In this document: piece by piece, positions 62,038-64,000 of the stretch
Layout: every line of letters begins with the position of its first letter
How positions within the stretch are numbered: position 1 is the stretch's first letter
Assembly (NCBI GenBank): GCA_025603075.1
Contig: MU626324.1
Location: 40,611 to 104,610, forward strand
Length of the DNA: 64,000 nt
Direction: 5' to 3'
From: Neoconidiobolus thromboides FSU 785
Taxonomy: Eukaryota; Fungi; Entomophthoromycota
Translations under genes and position numbers: made by a program
The notes under the pieces: generated by a model
What the model saw: the letters and a program-made list of their open reading frames with translations, nothing else
Databases searched by the model: none
What the model was told of the DNA's origin: nothing

Positions 62038-63333
62038 TTTTTTTAAAAGTTTCTGTAACTTGAACCATAGAGTGCGACTGATTTTATAAAACCATACTCA
62101 AAGTCAGTTGTTGATTCAAAACTCATATGCTAATCAGCCCCTATATTCTTATAAAATACCTTGCTTTTTTAAAAACGATGATTATGAAGCTATTTATATC
62201 ATTTTGATATAGTTACTTAATATTTTTATGACTTTATTAAATAAAACACTTTAGTAAATGGTATGAGTATAATCATTAGCGGAATTATCACCAAACCAGA
62301 TAAGTTTAACAGTGAATTTTTTCAAATCAGTCCTGTTGATAATAAAGATAGCAGTAATTCCCGCTACTATAAAATAAACAAAACTTTCATTGTAATCTTT
62401 TTTTACCCCCATATTATTATTGTTATTCGAAATATAGAAGCTCATCACCCACCTTGCACATGATATGTGTTAAGAAATAAGTCTTGTTTTCTATTATTTA
62501 ATAGGATTTTATAGAAAAATCTTGAGGTAAGCTAACTAAGTTTGAAACTAGAACTAAAATAAGATCCTAAAATGTATTAATATTTATCCTTTCAAATTAG
62601 CTATTCAAATAGTATATATATGTATATTTATTTATATTTGAACATTTGTCTATTCCAATATTTTATATATGTAATTAGCATTTAATGTTTACTTTAAATA
62701 ATAATCGAGCTATACTACTTTCTATATAATCTCATCAAAAATATTTTTAGTAATCAGATTTATTAGTTAATGATAAATCTAATATTTATTGGTTTAAAAC
62801 TATATCAGGATGATTTTGAGTGAATGAATATAAAAACTCTGACCTTTCATCATCTGTTCACCTTTTGATGCCTTTACTCATCATTTTTACAACGTACTAT
62901 TACATAATATAAGCCATTTAGAATCTGGTACAAATAATTACAAAGTAAAGGGATTTATAAATTAATACTTGTACGTTTATAACATTTAATAAATATTGTT
63001 TGTATTAGCTTTAAAAAGTTATATATATATAGTAAAATATCATTGCCTTAGTCTTTTAAAAGGTTTGATTAATTATAGTTTTGAATTTAGCGACATGAAT
63101 GTCATTAAAAAATAGAGAGTTGATAAAAAGTTCAACTATTTACTTTAGTGCAAATCCGTTTATTAAATTTATTAGCTAGCAATTAATATCACGTTCCAAA
63201 TAGTATCATCAGATAATCCGAGGCTTAGTTAACTTAGTAGCACCAATGTTTACATAATAGAATTTGGTATGACCTTTGAAATAGGATTATTGTCAGCTAT
63301 TTGAAAACAAGATTTAAGCTATCAGATAGTTAT

Positions 63334-63440
63334 ATATGGGGGTGTTTTTTTTTGACTTCGTTACTTTTCCATCTTTTAAGCACTATTTGAGTGGGAAAAC
63401 TGTTAGCAAAATTCTTAAACACAAAAATAAATCCCCACAT
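63334..63440 (-). mobile_element. Family-1 MITE-like element, copy 17
   Basis: ATATGGGGGTGTTTTTT...TAAGCACTATTTGAGTGGGAAAACTGTTAGCAAAATTCTTAA...ATCCCCACAT. Confidence 0.85.
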
Positions 63441-64000
63441 AATATAAAAGATTTTTTAAAACTAATACTAATTTATATAAGAGGAATCAATTTAAGAGAT
63501 AGATATGATATTTTACTGTATATCGATAAATTTATAAGGATCACATGGGTTCTATGACATGAAATTTTTGAGATAATAAAAATAGTTTAGTTTTATTTAT
63601 AATCTAACTTTAATAAACTTTACTTATTTATGTATAATTTATTTCATTGGGTAACTCGAAAATTCCCTTATATTGGATCAGCACTTGACATTTAGGACAA
63701 AAAGATCAATTTACATTTCAACATTAATTATTTTTAAATCAGATTTAGTAGCACAATTTCATAACTAGCTATCACAGCCCAAATCACACTATGGTCTCAA
63801 TGCTCATACTGCCCTATCTTTTGATGTCTATATTACGTAAAAGTGGAAGGGAGCTTTAGATAAAAATTTCGTAGAGTATAAATAGGTCTGCATTTTTAGA
63901 ATATCAATTATCAATTTCAAAGTAAAATGGTATCAACAAAAAACATTATCTTGTTCACTTTATCGTTTGGTGCTGCTATTTATAAATGTCAAAACCCTGA

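Overview
AT-rich eukaryotic genomic DNA with compact genes and short (~45-60 nt) GT-AG introns. The gene set (HIS3, ATG15, QCR8, CBK1 together with ARL8, EIPR1, TMEM164, GUCD1, ELL) and an intronless F-box/LRR gene point to an early-diverging fungus, possibly Conidiobolus-like Entomophthoromycotina (inference). I can support 29 protein-coding genes, most of them spliced so the ORF track fragments them, plus a decayed inverted paralog of ELL at 59.4-61.0 kb. The main non-genic structure is a ~105-bp dispersed element with terminal inverted repeats (ATAT-GGGG...CCCC-ATAT). It occurs at 17 intergenic loci, contains a nested internal stem, and its CpG sites have decayed to both TpG and CpA, which suggests 5mC on repeats. 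Two further single-copy MITE candidates are present: a 79-bp Stowaway-like element flanked by TA, and a 189-bp element flanked by TATA. I saw no rRNA, tRNA or CRISPR array. All homology calls come from motif recognition, not database searches.
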